A DNA stretch of 64,000 bases, taken from contig JAIBDD010000003.1 in assembly GCA_024679565.1 (NCBI GenBank), positions 42,773 through 106,772 on the forward strand. The letters are read 5' to 3'. The DNA is from Bacteroidota bacterium. GTDB taxonomy: Bacteria; Bacteroidota; Bacteroidia; NS11-12g; UBA9320. A program made the translations under genes and the position numbers. Each line of letters begins with the position of its first letter. Position 1 is the first letter of the stretch. The notes beneath the pieces were generated by a model. That model saw only the letters and a list, made by a program, of their open reading frames with translations. It made no database searches and was not told the origin of the DNA. This document shows, one piece after another, positions 1 to 9,864 of this stretch.

Positions 1-1
1 T

Positions 2-1312
2 ATCAGCGACTTGGTTCAATCAAAGGAAAAGTGGACCTGGTCTCAATCAAAAAATATTGGCGCGCCTGTAAATACCAGAGAAAATGAAGGTGCGTTTAGC
101 GCAAGCCCAGATGGGAAATACTTATTCTTCACTTCTTGTTCACGGCCTGGCGGAATAGGCCGCTGTGACATTTGGTATACCACCAGACTTGGCGATAAAT
201 GGTCTGAGCCTCAAAACATTGGTCGTCCGGTAAACTCTAAAGAATGGGAAAGCCAGCCAAGTATATCTGCCGACGGAGTTACCCTGTTCTTTGCCAGTAA
301 CCGGCCAGGAGGTTATGGCGGTACCGATATATGGTATTCGAAGAAGATTAACGGTCAATGGGGCGCTCCAAAAAATTTAGGCCCCTCAATTAATACTGCA
401 CGCGACGAACAATTTCCATTTATTCATAACGACGGAACTACGCTGTACTTTACCTCCGAAGGTCTACCAGGGATGGGTAAATCGGATATATTCTTAACCC
501 GATTGATCAACAATAAATGGTCGACGCCTATGAACCTAGGATACCCCATTAATACCTCCGGAAACGAGTGGAACTTTATAGTGAATCGGAAAGGTGACAT
601 TGCTTATTTCTCGAGTACAGGGATAAAACCTAATTATGGAGGAATGGACATATACTCAATTGAATTATATGAAGATGCCAGACCGAAAAAAACCAGTTAC
701 GTCAAAGGCATAGTGACCGACAAGTTTACAGGCAAAGCACTTAAGGCAGACATTGAATTGTTTAGTTTAAAAACCGGTGACATGGTTACAAAAACATATT
801 CTGACGCTAAAAATGGGAAATTCCTACTGAACCTTCCCGCAAATAGTGATTATGCTCTAAAAGCAGGTGCTGCAGGATATGCCTATCATTCTGAGAACTT
901 CTCCCTTACCGAAAGCGCTTTAAACGAACCCTATACACTGATTATTAAACTTGAGCCAATCAAGAAAGATGTACGTATGGTGATGAAAAACGTATTGTTT
1001 GAGGTTGACAAATCACAGCTAAAAGCAGAGTCTTATGTAGAGTTAAACCAATTGGTTGATTACTTAAATCGCAATGCTACATTATACATAGAAATTGGTG
1101 GGCATACAGACAATACAGGTTCTGCCCAAAGAAATACCGTTTTATCAGAAGCCCGCGCTAAATCGGTGTTCAATTATTTAGTATCTAAAGGTATTGCTTC
1201 GTCTCGACTTACCTACAAGGGTTATGGCAGCACACAACCTGTGGCAACAAATGACACGGAACAAGGACGAGCTCAGAACCGTCGAACGGAAGTAAAGATT
1301 ATCAAGAATTAA
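2..1312 (+). CDS. OmpA-family protein with TolB-like PD40 repeats and a carboxypeptidase-regulatory-like domain (5' end runs off the window)
   Basis: The frame is open to the window edge. PD40-like repeats recur (SPDGKYLFFTS, SADGVTLFFAS, HNDGTTLYFTS). The C-terminus is an OmpA_C module (IEIGGHTDNTGSAQRNTVLSEARAKSV...NRRTEVKI). Confidence 0.85.
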   Translation: MSDLVQSKEKWTWSQSKNIGAPVNTRENEGAFSASPDGKYLFFTSCSRPGGIGRCDIWYTTRLGDKWSEPQNIGRPVNSKEWESQPSISADGVTLFFASNRPGGYGGTDIWYSKKINGQWGAPKNLGPSINTARDEQFPFIHNDGTTLYFTSEGLPGMGKSDIFLTRLINNKWSTPMNLGYPINTSGNEWNFIVNRKGDIAYFSSTGIKPNYGGMDIYSIELYEDARPKKTSYVKGIVTDKFTGKALKADIELFSLKTGDMVTKTYSDAKNGKFLLNLPANSDYALKAGAAGYAYHSENFSLTESALNEPYTLIIKLEPIKKDVRMVMKNVLFEVDKSQLKAESYVELNQLVDYLNRNATLYIEIGGHTDNTGSAQRNTVLSEARAKSVFNYLVSKGIASSRLTYKGYGSTQPVATNDTEQGRAQNRRTEVKIIKN

Positions 1313-1818
1313 AGAAGGTGAACCGTCATTTTACCCTTTTTATTTTGGGTAAATTGAATGTGCTCTTGTAGCGTAGTGGCTAAAGAAATACCAACAAAAT
1401 CTGCTTTTATCGGAAATCTAGTGTGGTCTCTATTGGCCAAAATTGCCGTTTGCAGTTGATGCGGGTTTTGGGCTAGAATAGGAAGCGTGGCATACATCAA
1501 CGTCTTTCCGCTGTTCAAAACATCATCAACCAATACCACATGACTGTTGGTTAAGTCCGTATCGCATCGAACAGATATTCCATTCATTGTTGGGTTATCT
1601 TTATCTATTTTAATAGACCCTTGGTGTAAATCAAGCGAAGAAATAGTAGATAGCACATCGACTAAAAGCTTACTTACGATGCTCCCTTTTTTTTCAATGC
1701 CTAGTACAACCAATTTCTTAGCATTGTAGTTGTCCTCAAGAATTTGCCAAGCCATTCGTGTGATTTTCTGCTGAATAGCCTCGTGGTCTAAAATTAATGT
1801 TTGCTTCAATTCACTCAT
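1309..1818 (-). CDS. pyrR: PyrR-like phosphoribosyltransferase (pyrimidine operon regulator/UPRTase family)
   Basis: PRPP-binding loop VVLVDDVLNSGKTL. The length (169 aa) and N-terminal layout match the PyrR family. Confidence 0.65.
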   Translation of the reverse strand: MSELKQTLILDHEAIQQKITRMAWQILEDNYNAKKLVVLGIEKKGSIVSKLLVDVLSTISSLDLHQGSIKIDKDNPTMNGISVRCDTDLTNSHVVLVDDVLNSGKTLMYATLPILAQNPHQLQTAILANRDHTRFPIKADFVGISLATTLQEHIQFTQNKKGKMTVHLL

Positions 1819-2444
1819 GCTGTTGACTTTGAATCAGATGTTAATTCTAAACTAAACTCCTTGTGCAATAACAATACTTGCTTAATCAACGAAAAATTTG
1901 TGGCATTTTTCACCACATAGTCTGCATGCTGTAATCGATCCTTATCACTCAATTGGTTTTCAATTCGCTTCAAGACTTCTTCTCGACGAATCCCATCACG
2001 TTTAGTAATACGTTCTAAACGGGTATCTATCGGACAAGTCACAACGATTAACTTATCGAGTTCCTTATAACTTTCAGCTTCCACCAATAACGCAGCTTCT
2101 TTAACAGAATATGGATGTCCTGCGTCCATTTGTCCTTTGACCCATTGTGCATAGTCGTCAAACACAGCAGGATGCACGATATGGTTAAGAATACGAAGCT
2201 GAGGCGGATTGTTAAAGACAATCTTAGATAGATAAGCTCTATCTAATTCATCGTTTTTGTCATATACATCCCAACCAAAAGCCAAACGAAGTTTTTTCTT
2301 TAATTCTTCGTCTTCGGCCATCAATTGTTTCGCACGGTTATCGGCATTATACACCGGCACGCCAAGGTGTTCAAAAATAGAACACACTGTTGATTTACCT
2401 GAGCCAATACCCCCGGTCACACCTATTTTGAGATGATCTGACAA
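1815..2444 (-). CDS. coaE: dephospho-CoA kinase
   Basis: P-loop GVTGGIGSGKSTV at the N-terminus. It is 209 aa and overlaps the downstream pyrR start by 4 nt. Confidence 0.9.
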   Translation of the reverse strand: MSDHLKIGVTGGIGSGKSTVCSIFEHLGVPVYNADNRAKQLMAEDEELKKKLRLAFGWDVYDKNDELDRAYLSKIVFNNPPQLRILNHIVHPAVFDDYAQWVKGQMDAGHPYSVKEAALLVEAESYKELDKLIVVTCPIDTRLERITKRDGIRREEVLKRIENQLSDKDRLQHADYVVKNATNFSLIKQVLLLHKEFSLELTSDSKSTA

Positions 2445-2454
2445 TATTTAGTTT

Positions 2455-2787
2455 TTATTTTTTAGCTGGCGCTTGACCACTTAACATGTTGGTCGAGTCC
2501 ATAGAAACAGAAGCCTTATCAATTCTAAGTTTTCCTCCTGCTTCTGTATCAATAATAAAAGTTGTGTCGCGCACTTCAGAAATCTTACCGTGGATTCCTC
2601 CAGTTGTAACAATTTTGTCGCCTTTTTTTATTGAGTCTTTAAACGCCATTTGCGCTTTATTCTTTTTCATTTGCGGACGTATCATAAAAAAGTACATCAC
2701 TACAAACATGGCTCCTAGCATGATTAACATGCTGTATCCGCCGCCTCCTGCAGGTGCAGGTGTTCCTTGAAGAATTATTGAGTTCAT
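2455..2787 (-). CDS. yajC: preprotein translocase subunit YajC
   Basis: It has a single TM segment followed by KKGDKIVTTGGIHGKI, the typical YajC core. It is 110 aa. Confidence 0.85.
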   Translation of the reverse strand: MNSIILQGTPAPAGGGGYSMLIMLGAMFVVMYFFMIRPQMKKNKAQMAFKDSIKKGDKIVTTGGIHGKISEVRDTTFIIDTEAGGKLRIDKASVSMDSTNMLSGQAPAKK

Positions 2788-2802
2788 TATTTTTTCTATT
2801 GT

Positions 2803-3270
2803 TTAACTACTTGGTAAAACTTGTGCTTTAAAGGTCAGTATTGTTTCTGGTGGGTTCGTATTGGCCGTTATGGTTACATTTTTAATCTGATTACCTGGCT
2901 TGTTTTTACTATTGAATTTTACTTCAATCTCTCCAGATTCTCCTGATGCGATTGGTTTTCTTTCCCATCGTGGTATTGTACAGCCACAAGTGGCTCGTAC
3001 ATTAGAAATCACCAAATCTTCGTCGCCAACATTAGTAAATCTATAAATATGCTTTACTTCTTCACCTTCATTAATTTTACCAAAATCCCATTGTTCATGC
3101 ACAAACTTAAACATCGGTTCAGGGTTTTGTGCATCTGGATTGTTAGCCGTTTTATTATTATCAGCAATTGATGGATTCACTTCTTTTTCGGTCGATTGTG
3201 TTGATGAATTACAACTTGAAACTGTGAATGCTCCAATGCAAATAAGGGCAATAATCCAACTTTTATTCAT
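2803..3270 (-). CDS. DUF1573-family lipoprotein
   Basis: Lipoprotein signal (FTVSSC). It has the ATCGCT motif and beta-sandwich-like sequence typical of DUF1573. Confidence 0.7.
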   Translation of the reverse strand: MNKSWIIALICIGAFTVSSCNSSTQSTEKEVNPSIADNNKTANNPDAQNPEPMFKFVHEQWDFGKINEGEEVKHIYRFTNVGDEDLVISNVRATCGCTIPRWERKPIASGESGEIEVKFNSKNKPGNQIKNVTITANTNPPETILTFKAQVLPSS

Positions 3271-3328
3271 GCTTTTTATATGTTTAACTAATCAATTGTT
3301 AGGTAACAAAATTATAAGATTTAGGGGC

Positions 3329-4267
3329 TTAACCCACCATACCTCTTCCTTTTTTTACCAATTTGTTCTCGGCTTTTAATTGTTTCACCAGCTTGTCTAA
3401 AACCCCATTAATAAACTTGCTACTTTGTGGTGTACTATAATCCTTTGCTAGCTCAAGATATTCGTTTAAACTAACCTTAATGGGTATATATGGAAAATGC
3501 ACCAACTCCGTTAATGCCATAGTCATAAGCACCATGTCTGTTTTCGCAATTCGTTCTTTGTCCCACTTAGGCGCTGATATATCAATCAAATCAACAAACG
3601 TATCGTAATGCCTTATTGTTTTTTCGAGCAGTTCTTCAGCATATAGCCAATCCGATTCCTCGGTATTGTTTCTATTAGACTTCGTAGACTTTTCTGCCAA
3701 AACGCTTTTGGTAAACTGTTGAACCGCATTTCGCACTGGAATACGCTCATCTTCCCATAACATGTTTATTTCTTCCATTTCTTGGGAGAAATCATCGTTC
3801 GACTCAATGATGTACTTATACAGCTGAACAAACCCTTTTTCTTGTTCCGCTTTATTAGGATTGTCGGTACTCAGGTAACCCTCCATCAATTCCGACTTAC
3901 GAATACCGTTTACAACGGACCTTAACACACCTGGATGATCTTGCCAACGATGTGCGGGTTTCTTCATAAAATTGGCAATCTCATCATGACGCACCAATCG
4001 TTCATACACCTCAGGGAACGACAGATTTGCGTAAACGCGTTTGTCTTCCTCCGATGGCAAGTATTTGTTCTCAGCAGGATTCATTTGACTGCGCAAAAAG
4101 TGTGTTAATTCTATAGGGAATAGTAAAACAGTAATAAAGTTGTTCTCTATGCCAGACACTGAATTTTTTAAATACGACTTTGACTTATTTAAACTTGGAA
4201 CCTCGTCCTGTAAATAAGCATATAAGGCTTGAAAAACCTTTATCCTAATGAGTCTTCTGTTGAGCAT
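3329..4267 (-). CDS. nusB: transcription antitermination factor NusB (long Bacteroidota form)
   Basis: N-terminal RRLIRIKVFQALYAY and a C-terminal NusB core (PKWDKERIAKTDMVLMTMALTEL...INGVLDK). Confidence 0.8.
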   Translation of the reverse strand: MLNRRLIRIKVFQALYAYLQDEVPSLNKSKSYLKNSVSGIENNFITVLLFPIELTHFLRSQMNPAENKYLPSEEDKRVYANLSFPEVYERLVRHDEIANFMKKPAHRWQDHPGVLRSVVNGIRKSELMEGYLSTDNPNKAEQEKGFVQLYKYIIESNDDFSQEMEEINMLWEDERIPVRNAVQQFTKSVLAEKSTKSNRNNTEESDWLYAEELLEKTIRHYDTFVDLIDISAPKWDKERIAKTDMVLMTMALTELVHFPYIPIKVSLNEYLELAKDYSTPQSSKFINGVLDKLVKQLKAENKLVKKGRGMVG

Positions 4268-4305
4268 GAAAATAAAGCGGCAAAGATATGTGATTAGCTC
4301 ACAGC

Positions 4306-5532
4306 TTAAACATTGCCCGAAAATAAAAAGTCGATTTCTTTTGAAGGGATATTGAAGCGTTCTCCAAGAGCATGATTGGTTAAGTGCCCCTTGTACACGT
4401 AAACGCCCTGGCGCAAGCCATCACTCCCCCATAAATAGTTATACATGCCACCCTCGTTGCCTATATGTAGCATAAGTGGCGAAAGAATATTACTTAATGC
4501 ATAGCTGGCTGTTCTACTTACTCGTGACGCAATATTTGGCACGCAATAATGCAGTACTTCATGTTTTAAAAATGTCGGGTTTTCGTGATTGGTTATTTCG
4601 CTGGTTTCAAAACATCCACCCTGATCTATGGATACATCGACGATGAGTGACTTTGATTTCATTTTTTGAACCATTGCTTCAGAAACAACCAGTGGACTTC
4701 GACCTTCAGAACTTCTTAATGCGCCAATGGCTACATCACAGTTCATTAACGCCTTCTGCAGTATGTGCGGTAAAATAGTAGACGATGCAAGTCTGCGGCC
4801 TAAACTTGATTCAAGCCTACGCAAACGATGTAAAGAATTATCAAACACTGTAACGTGCGCACCTAATCCAAGTGCTGCTCTTACGGCATATTCGCCTACC
4901 GAACCGGCTCCTATTATAACGATATCTGTGGGAGGTATTCCAGGAATTCCACCAATCAACTCACCCTTACCATTTTTTGCATTATTTAGGTATTCTGCCG
5001 CAATGAGGACAGAAGCCCTGCCTGCAATCTCACTCATGGCTCGGATAACAGGTAGTGTTCCACCATCATCTCGCATAAATTCATACCCAACAGCCGTAAT
5101 TTTCTTTTTGGTCAATTGAACCAAGCACTCTCTGTCTAAATCAGACAACTGAAGTGCACTAAAAATGGTTTGCCCAGGTTTCATGAGCTCAATTTCTTCT
5201 ATCGTTGGTGGGGCCACTTTAAGTACAATATCCCCTTCAAATGCGTCTTTATGATCGTATAATATTTGCGCCCCAACTGCGCTGTATTCAATATCCGAGA
5301 AGTTGGCTAGTTTACCGGCATTCGTTTCGATACGGACGTCGTGCCCATTATTGACCAGCATATCTACCGACAACGGAGACAGGGAAACTCTTTTCTCTTG
5401 GTACGTTATTTCAGCAGGAACAGTAATACATAAACGACTATGCTTTTGCTTGAGCTGTTGCAATTTCTCTTGTGGTTGCATGCTTGCCTGTTTGGCCAAG
5501 TCTGACCACGCTTTCTTTGAAAAATCTGCCAT
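4306..5532 (-). CDS. alanine dehydrogenase / PNT-alpha family NAD-binding protein
   Basis: AlaDH/PNT N- and C-domain layout with the Rossmann motif VIIGAGSVGEYAVRAALGLGAHVTVFD. Confidence 0.75.
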   Translation of the reverse strand: MADFSKKAWSDLAKQASMQPQEKLQQLKQKHSRLCITVPAEITYQEKRVSLSPLSVDMLVNNGHDVRIETNAGKLANFSDIEYSAVGAQILYDHKDAFEGDIVLKVAPPTIEEIELMKPGQTIFSALQLSDLDRECLVQLTKKKITAVGYEFMRDDGGTLPVIRAMSEIAGRASVLIAAEYLNNAKNGKGELIGGIPGIPPTDIVIIGAGSVGEYAVRAALGLGAHVTVFDNSLHRLRRLESSLGRRLASSTILPHILQKALMNCDVAIGALRSSEGRSPLVVSEAMVQKMKSKSLIVDVSIDQGGCFETSEITNHENPTFLKHEVLHYCVPNIASRVSRTASYALSNILSPLMLHIGNEGGMYNYLWGSDGLRQGVYVYKGHLTNHALGERFNIPSKEIDFLFSGNV

Positions 5533-5671
5533 TTACGCTGAATTTTACTGATGTTTATCAAAGATAATTTAATTGGAAGAATTCATACTTTTGACGCGAA
5601 TTTTATTGTCTAGTAATTAGTTCGGTATTAGATAATTAATTTTCCAAACTCAACAATTATTGCTGTTCTTG

Positions 5672-5679
5672 TACGTTTG
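5672..5679 (+). promoter_or_regulatory. candidate Bacteroidota -7 promoter box (TACGTTTG)
   Basis: It matches the published Bacteroides/Flavobacterium sigma-A -7 consensus TAnnTTTG and lies 15 nt upstream of the ATG at 5694. Confidence 0.35.
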
Positions 5680-5693
5680 AATAATAATTTGTT

Positions 5694-6911
5694 ATGACTA
5701 TAAGAAGAAACGTTTTAGGTTTAACGCTGGCAGTTTGTATGATCAGTCATCAGACGTTGGCTGATAATGAGGTGGTAAAAGCAGATTCTACGGAAGATGT
5801 AGCGCCGGCTAAAGAAACTTTAAACGATGCTGAAACACTGGTGTCATCTGAGACGACAGAAGCTAAACCAGTTGTATTCACAGATGACATCACCCCTTTT
5901 GTGGATGATGTAATTCCAGTGGATAGCAGCCTGTTTTTCCAACATGTCAATTCATTGGAGTTTCAAATACCAATGGACTACAATGCAGAAGTAAAGCGAT
6001 TTATCAATTATTTTGGAACAAGCTGGCAATCTAAACTGAAAGAAATGATTACCCTGAGTGAGCATTACTTCCCAGTTTACGAAAGCATTCTTGATAAAAA
6101 TGACCTACCTCTCGAACTTAAATACGTAAGTGTAATCGAGAGCGCACTCAATCCATATGCTACGTCAAGATCAGGCGCTGTTGGACTATGGCAATTTATG
6201 CCGTACACCGGTAAAATTTATGATTTAAAAATCGACCGATATCAAGACGAACGTCGTGACATTAAAAAAAGCACCGCAGCTGCAGCACATTACTTTAAAG
6301 ATATGTCGCTGGTTTTTGATGATTGGCTTGTAGTGATTGCTTCTTACAATTGTGGTCCTGGCAATATTCGCAAAGCTATTCGACGTTCGGGTGGAAAGAC
6401 TGGGTTTTGGGAGATATATCCTTATTTGCCACGTCAAACGCAAAACTATATTCCGTCGTACATAGCCGTAGCATACCTAATGAATTTCTACGAAAACTAT
6501 GGCATTTTCCCAGCCTACGTTGAGAAACCTGAAGTCAACGTAACAAAGGTGGTATGCAATCCGAATCACAATTTAAAAGCTATCTCAGAAATCTTGGACA
6601 TAACGGTTGAAGAAATCCGTACATTAAACCCGCCACTAAAAAGTAACAATATACCGGTAAATGTGACCAACATGGAGATTTACTTGCCAAACGACAAAGC
6701 ACTTACATTTATAGAGAAGGAAGATGAAATTTTGCAATTGAGCGAAACCTATACTCCAGCCATAGTAGAAGCAGTTTACGTTGTTAGACGCGGCGACTCT
6801 TTGGGTGCAATAGCAAATAGAAAAGGTTGCAGTGTGGGAGAAATCAAAGAATGGAATAACTTGCGGTCGAACACCATCCATCCGGGTAACCGGCTGAAAC
6901 TCTATTTATAA
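5694..6911 (+). CDS. lytic murein transglycosylase (SLT domain) with a C-terminal LysM domain, MltD-like
   Basis: SLT catalytic region VIESALNPYATSRSGAVGLWQFMPYTG. The C-terminus is LysM-like (YVVRRGDSLGAIANRKGCSVGEIKEWNNL). Confidence 0.85.
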   Translation: MTIRRNVLGLTLAVCMISHQTLADNEVVKADSTEDVAPAKETLNDAETLVSSETTEAKPVVFTDDITPFVDDVIPVDSSLFFQHVNSLEFQIPMDYNAEVKRFINYFGTSWQSKLKEMITLSEHYFPVYESILDKNDLPLELKYVSVIESALNPYATSRSGAVGLWQFMPYTGKIYDLKIDRYQDERRDIKKSTAAAAHYFKDMSLVFDDWLVVIASYNCGPGNIRKAIRRSGGKTGFWEIYPYLPRQTQNYIPSYIAVAYLMNFYENYGIFPAYVEKPEVNVTKVVCNPNHNLKAISEILDITVEEIRTLNPPLKSNNIPVNVTNMEIYLPNDKALTFIEKEDEILQLSETYTPAIVEAVYVVRRGDSLGAIANRKGCSVGEIKEWNNLRSNTIHPGNRLKLYL

Positions 6912-7991
6912 ATGAAAAATAAAGTTGCATTAATCGCTATAAGCTTTACCCTTTTAACAGGATTATCCTGCAAAAAATCATCACAATCTTCTAGTTTAGT
7001 TGCTAAACCAAACGCCAAAGGTGAAATAGGCAAAGTCGTTATGTTGATTAACGACGAAACCTATGTGCATTGCAAAGATGCCATCAAAGAGGTTTACCAA
7101 AAACCTATCGAAGGAATGGCTGCCTACGAGCCTTATTTCCGAATAAATCATTGTAATGAAGGTGGATTCACCAATTACTTTAAGTATAACTACAACTTAT
7201 GCATCGTTTACGATCAAGAAAAGAGTAATAAACTGACGTCTTTAGTTGGCTCAAAACTTACCGACTTACTAGACGAAAAGCTCACCAACGGCCAATCATT
7301 CTTTGTGGTTAAAGACTTATTTGCAACTCCTCAGGAAGTTGCATTCATTATGGGTCAAAACAAAGATTCTTTGGTGGTTAATATGTTGAAGAACAAGGAC
7401 AAAATCTTGGATTTGGCCTTGCAGACTGAGCGAAAAACCACCGTTGAACTGGTTTTAAGAGACAAGGTTGAAGATGATGCGTTTTATAACCAAATGTTGA
7501 AGAATTATGGATATGCATTTCGCACACCAGGCAATTTTAAGCGATCTGTGAAGAGTGCAGATTTCAATGGCGTAAACCGGATTATAGGAGAAAAGAGAAG
7601 CGGTTTATACTTGTATGAAGAACCCTATACAGGCGAGGAGCAATTTACCAAAGACTACATCATTACGAAACGTAATAACATGTTGCGTAATCATTTGCAT
7701 GGCCCAGACCGAAAAGACAGCATTCCGACCTACGTTACGACAGACACAGTAAACGTAGAAATCTATAGCAAAGAAATCACGCTGAACGGATTTCGAGCAA
7801 TTGAAACGCGCGGTTGGTGGGAAATGGCCAATGAGTTTTTCGCTGGCCCATTTGTAAGCTATACGATATACTGCCCTACCATAAACAAAGTGGTTACCAT
7901 TGAAGGAAATGTATTTGCACCTAGCAAGAAGAAACAAGACTTGATCAGAACGCTAGAATTGGCCTCTACCTCATTTACCGTTAAACAATGA
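6912..7991 (+). CDS. lipoprotein, DUF4837-like
   Basis: Lipobox LTGLSC. The family assignment is from memory of Bacteroidota synteny and sequence style only. Confidence 0.5.
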   Translation: MKNKVALIAISFTLLTGLSCKKSSQSSSLVAKPNAKGEIGKVVMLINDETYVHCKDAIKEVYQKPIEGMAAYEPYFRINHCNEGGFTNYFKYNYNLCIVYDQEKSNKLTSLVGSKLTDLLDEKLTNGQSFFVVKDLFATPQEVAFIMGQNKDSLVVNMLKNKDKILDLALQTERKTTVELVLRDKVEDDAFYNQMLKNYGYAFRTPGNFKRSVKSADFNGVNRIIGEKRSGLYLYEEPYTGEEQFTKDYIITKRNNMLRNHLHGPDRKDSIPTYVTTDTVNVEIYSKEITLNGFRAIETRGWWEMANEFFAGPFVSYTIYCPTINKVVTIEGNVFAPSKKKQDLIRTLELASTSFTVKQ

Positions 7992-8554
7992 TAAGACTAG
8001 GAGTTTTTGCAAGTGGAAGCGGTACAAACGCTATCAACATCAATCGATACTTTGCTGACCACAGTACAATTGAGTTGGCGAAAATATATTGCAACAACCC
8101 AGTAGCGGGAGTTATTACAAAGGCGTATAGTGAAGATATCCCAACACAAATTTTCACGCGTCGTCAGTTGCAAAATGGCATGCTACTCAAGCAACTCAAA
8201 CAAGATCAGATCGACGTAATCGTCCTTGCTGGTTTTTTATGGTTAATACCAACAAACTTAATTACAGGATTTCAGCACAAAATTATTAACCTGCACCCTG
8301 CCTTACTTCCAAAATACGGAGGAAAAGGCATGTACGGTATGAATGTACACGAAGCAGTTATTGAAGCCAAAGAGACTGAGACGGGAATAACCATACACAT
8401 GGTCGACAAAAAATACGATACTGGCGATCACTTGTTTCAAGCAACTGTACCTATCGAGAAATCGGAAACACCAGAATCAGTGGCACAAAAAATACACCTG
8501 CTTGAATACGAACACTTTCCAAAAGTGATTGAGTCATTTGTACAAAAGCATTAG
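7988..8554 (+). CDS. purN: phosphoribosylglycinamide formyltransferase
   Basis: Motifs GSGTNA and INLHPALLPKYGGKGMYG. It is 188 aa and has an ATGA overlap with the upstream gene. Confidence 0.9.
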   Translation: MIRLGVFASGSGTNAININRYFADHSTIELAKIYCNNPVAGVITKAYSEDIPTQIFTRRQLQNGMLLKQLKQDQIDVIVLAGFLWLIPTNLITGFQHKIINLHPALLPKYGGKGMYGMNVHEAVIEAKETETGITIHMVDKKYDTGDHLFQATVPIEKSETPESVAQKIHLLEYEHFPKVIESFVQKH

Positions 8555-8700
8555 TAAACTTCGACCAAACCAATAGTTATATACAACTAAGTAACAATCG
8601 TAAAACAGAGCGTTTTCACTTTTATCTTGTGGTAATCGCTTATGACCAACCGTAAAACGAATGGCTTTTTTTTAATATTGGAATCAATACGTGTCTTTTA

Positions 8701-8734
8701 TTCAATCATTCAGACATTCAATCCTTCAGACATT
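8701..8734 (-). repeat. GAATGTCT/GAAGGATT word-repeat block (reverse orientation)
   Basis: The reverse complement reads AATGTCTGAAGGATTGAATGTCTGAATGATTGAA. The same words occur at 36760-36815 and 59089-59137. Confidence 0.8.
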
Positions 8735-8974
8735 GTCCCACTACTTTATGCTTTTTACTCTTTCAATACCAGAGTTGTTCTCGTCTAATGAAGGATTGTA
8801 AAAATAGATTACTAATTTGACGATTATAAGTTCGATAACGTTCTGATTCCCGCTACAAAAAAGAGCTTTCACTTTTGGTGGAGGCTTTTTTTATATAAAG
8901 CTGTTAGAACAGAGAATTATCCCAATACCACAAAGCTTGATTAATCCAAAAACTATTTTTCTATTATACTGACC

Positions 8975-9644
8975 TTAAAAAGTGAGATTACCTTGTGAAT
9001 CCCATTTTACCTTTACGCCATAATCGTAATCTTTATGCGAACCTGAAAAATCTGTGGTATCAAGTTCGAAATCGAAGCCATAATCCCCAAGCCCGGACTG
9101 ACGCTTATGCAACTTAAAAGTATCTCCATGAATACTCCGCATTACGCCCAACTCTAGAAGGGCTTACATAAGACAGCTCACCAACAGATTTTTCCTTGTT
9201 TTGAACTCCCCACTGGCTCCATCCATTGTCTGGAACCTCCCAGTTAAATAATGTAAAGCTATCTAATTCATGAATTGTCAAGGTATTATTACCATACAAC
9301 TCGTAAAACCGCACTTTTTCACTATGCTTATTTGTATCCCAGCCATAAGCTATTAATATATCTCTTACATAAAAATTTGGAAGCGGATCTGCTGATGTTT
9401 AATGATCTCCAGCATAAAATAACGAATCTCTGTATAAAGAAATCACCTCTTTAAAAGCTTCAATACTTTTAGGGATAAACTCTAGTTCTTCGTTATACAC
9501 TGAAGAAGGTAGTTTTATGAAGTCTGTAGATCCAAAAAAAGTTGGGTATTCATATGAAGAGGAAGATTTCTTTAAATCAAGATCATTCATACATCCGCTA
9601 GTAATGAACACTAATACCAAGAAAACAGGGATGATATCTCGCAT
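8975..9644 (-). pseudogene. disrupted lipoprotein gene (one in-frame TAA plus one frameshift)
   Basis: ORF 9644..9399 has a lipobox (ITSGC) and ends at a TAA. The same frame stays open for 28 codons into ORF 9314..9114. After the T4 run at 9116-9119 a +1 frame continues (LHKRQSGLGDYGFDFELDTTDFSGSHKDYDYGVKVKWDSQGNLTF) to a stop at 8975-8977. Confidence 0.45.
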
Positions 9645-9815
9645 ATATTCTTATACTGTTTGCTGTGGGACCAAATATACTTTTAAGAAATGAGACTTGC
9701 TAGGTCCATAATATTCTTAAAAGAAATAAGTAGTTTCCTTCTTGTTTTTTCATTTATACCTCCACTACCAAAAGTTCGACATAAGGGCCCTAATGCTCAC
9801 CCTATTAGCCAGTGC

Positions 9816-9864
9816 TAATCATTAATTGTTAATCATTAATCGTTAATCATTAATCATTAATTAA
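9816..9864. repeat. tandem TTAATCATTAATYG repeat (about 3.5 copies) overlapping a stop codon
   Basis: The sequence reads TAATCATTAATTGTTAATCATTAATCGTTAATCATTAATCATTAATTAA. The stop codon of the FAD-oxidoreductase gene (9857-9859) lies inside it. Confidence 0.85.

Noticed and set aside
1309-1312. Convergent gene-end overlap or abutment (OmpA/pyrR at 1309-1312; 40027/40029).
   Set aside because: Overlaps or gaps of a few nucleotides between convergent stops are common in compact genomes. Nothing further distinguishes these sites.
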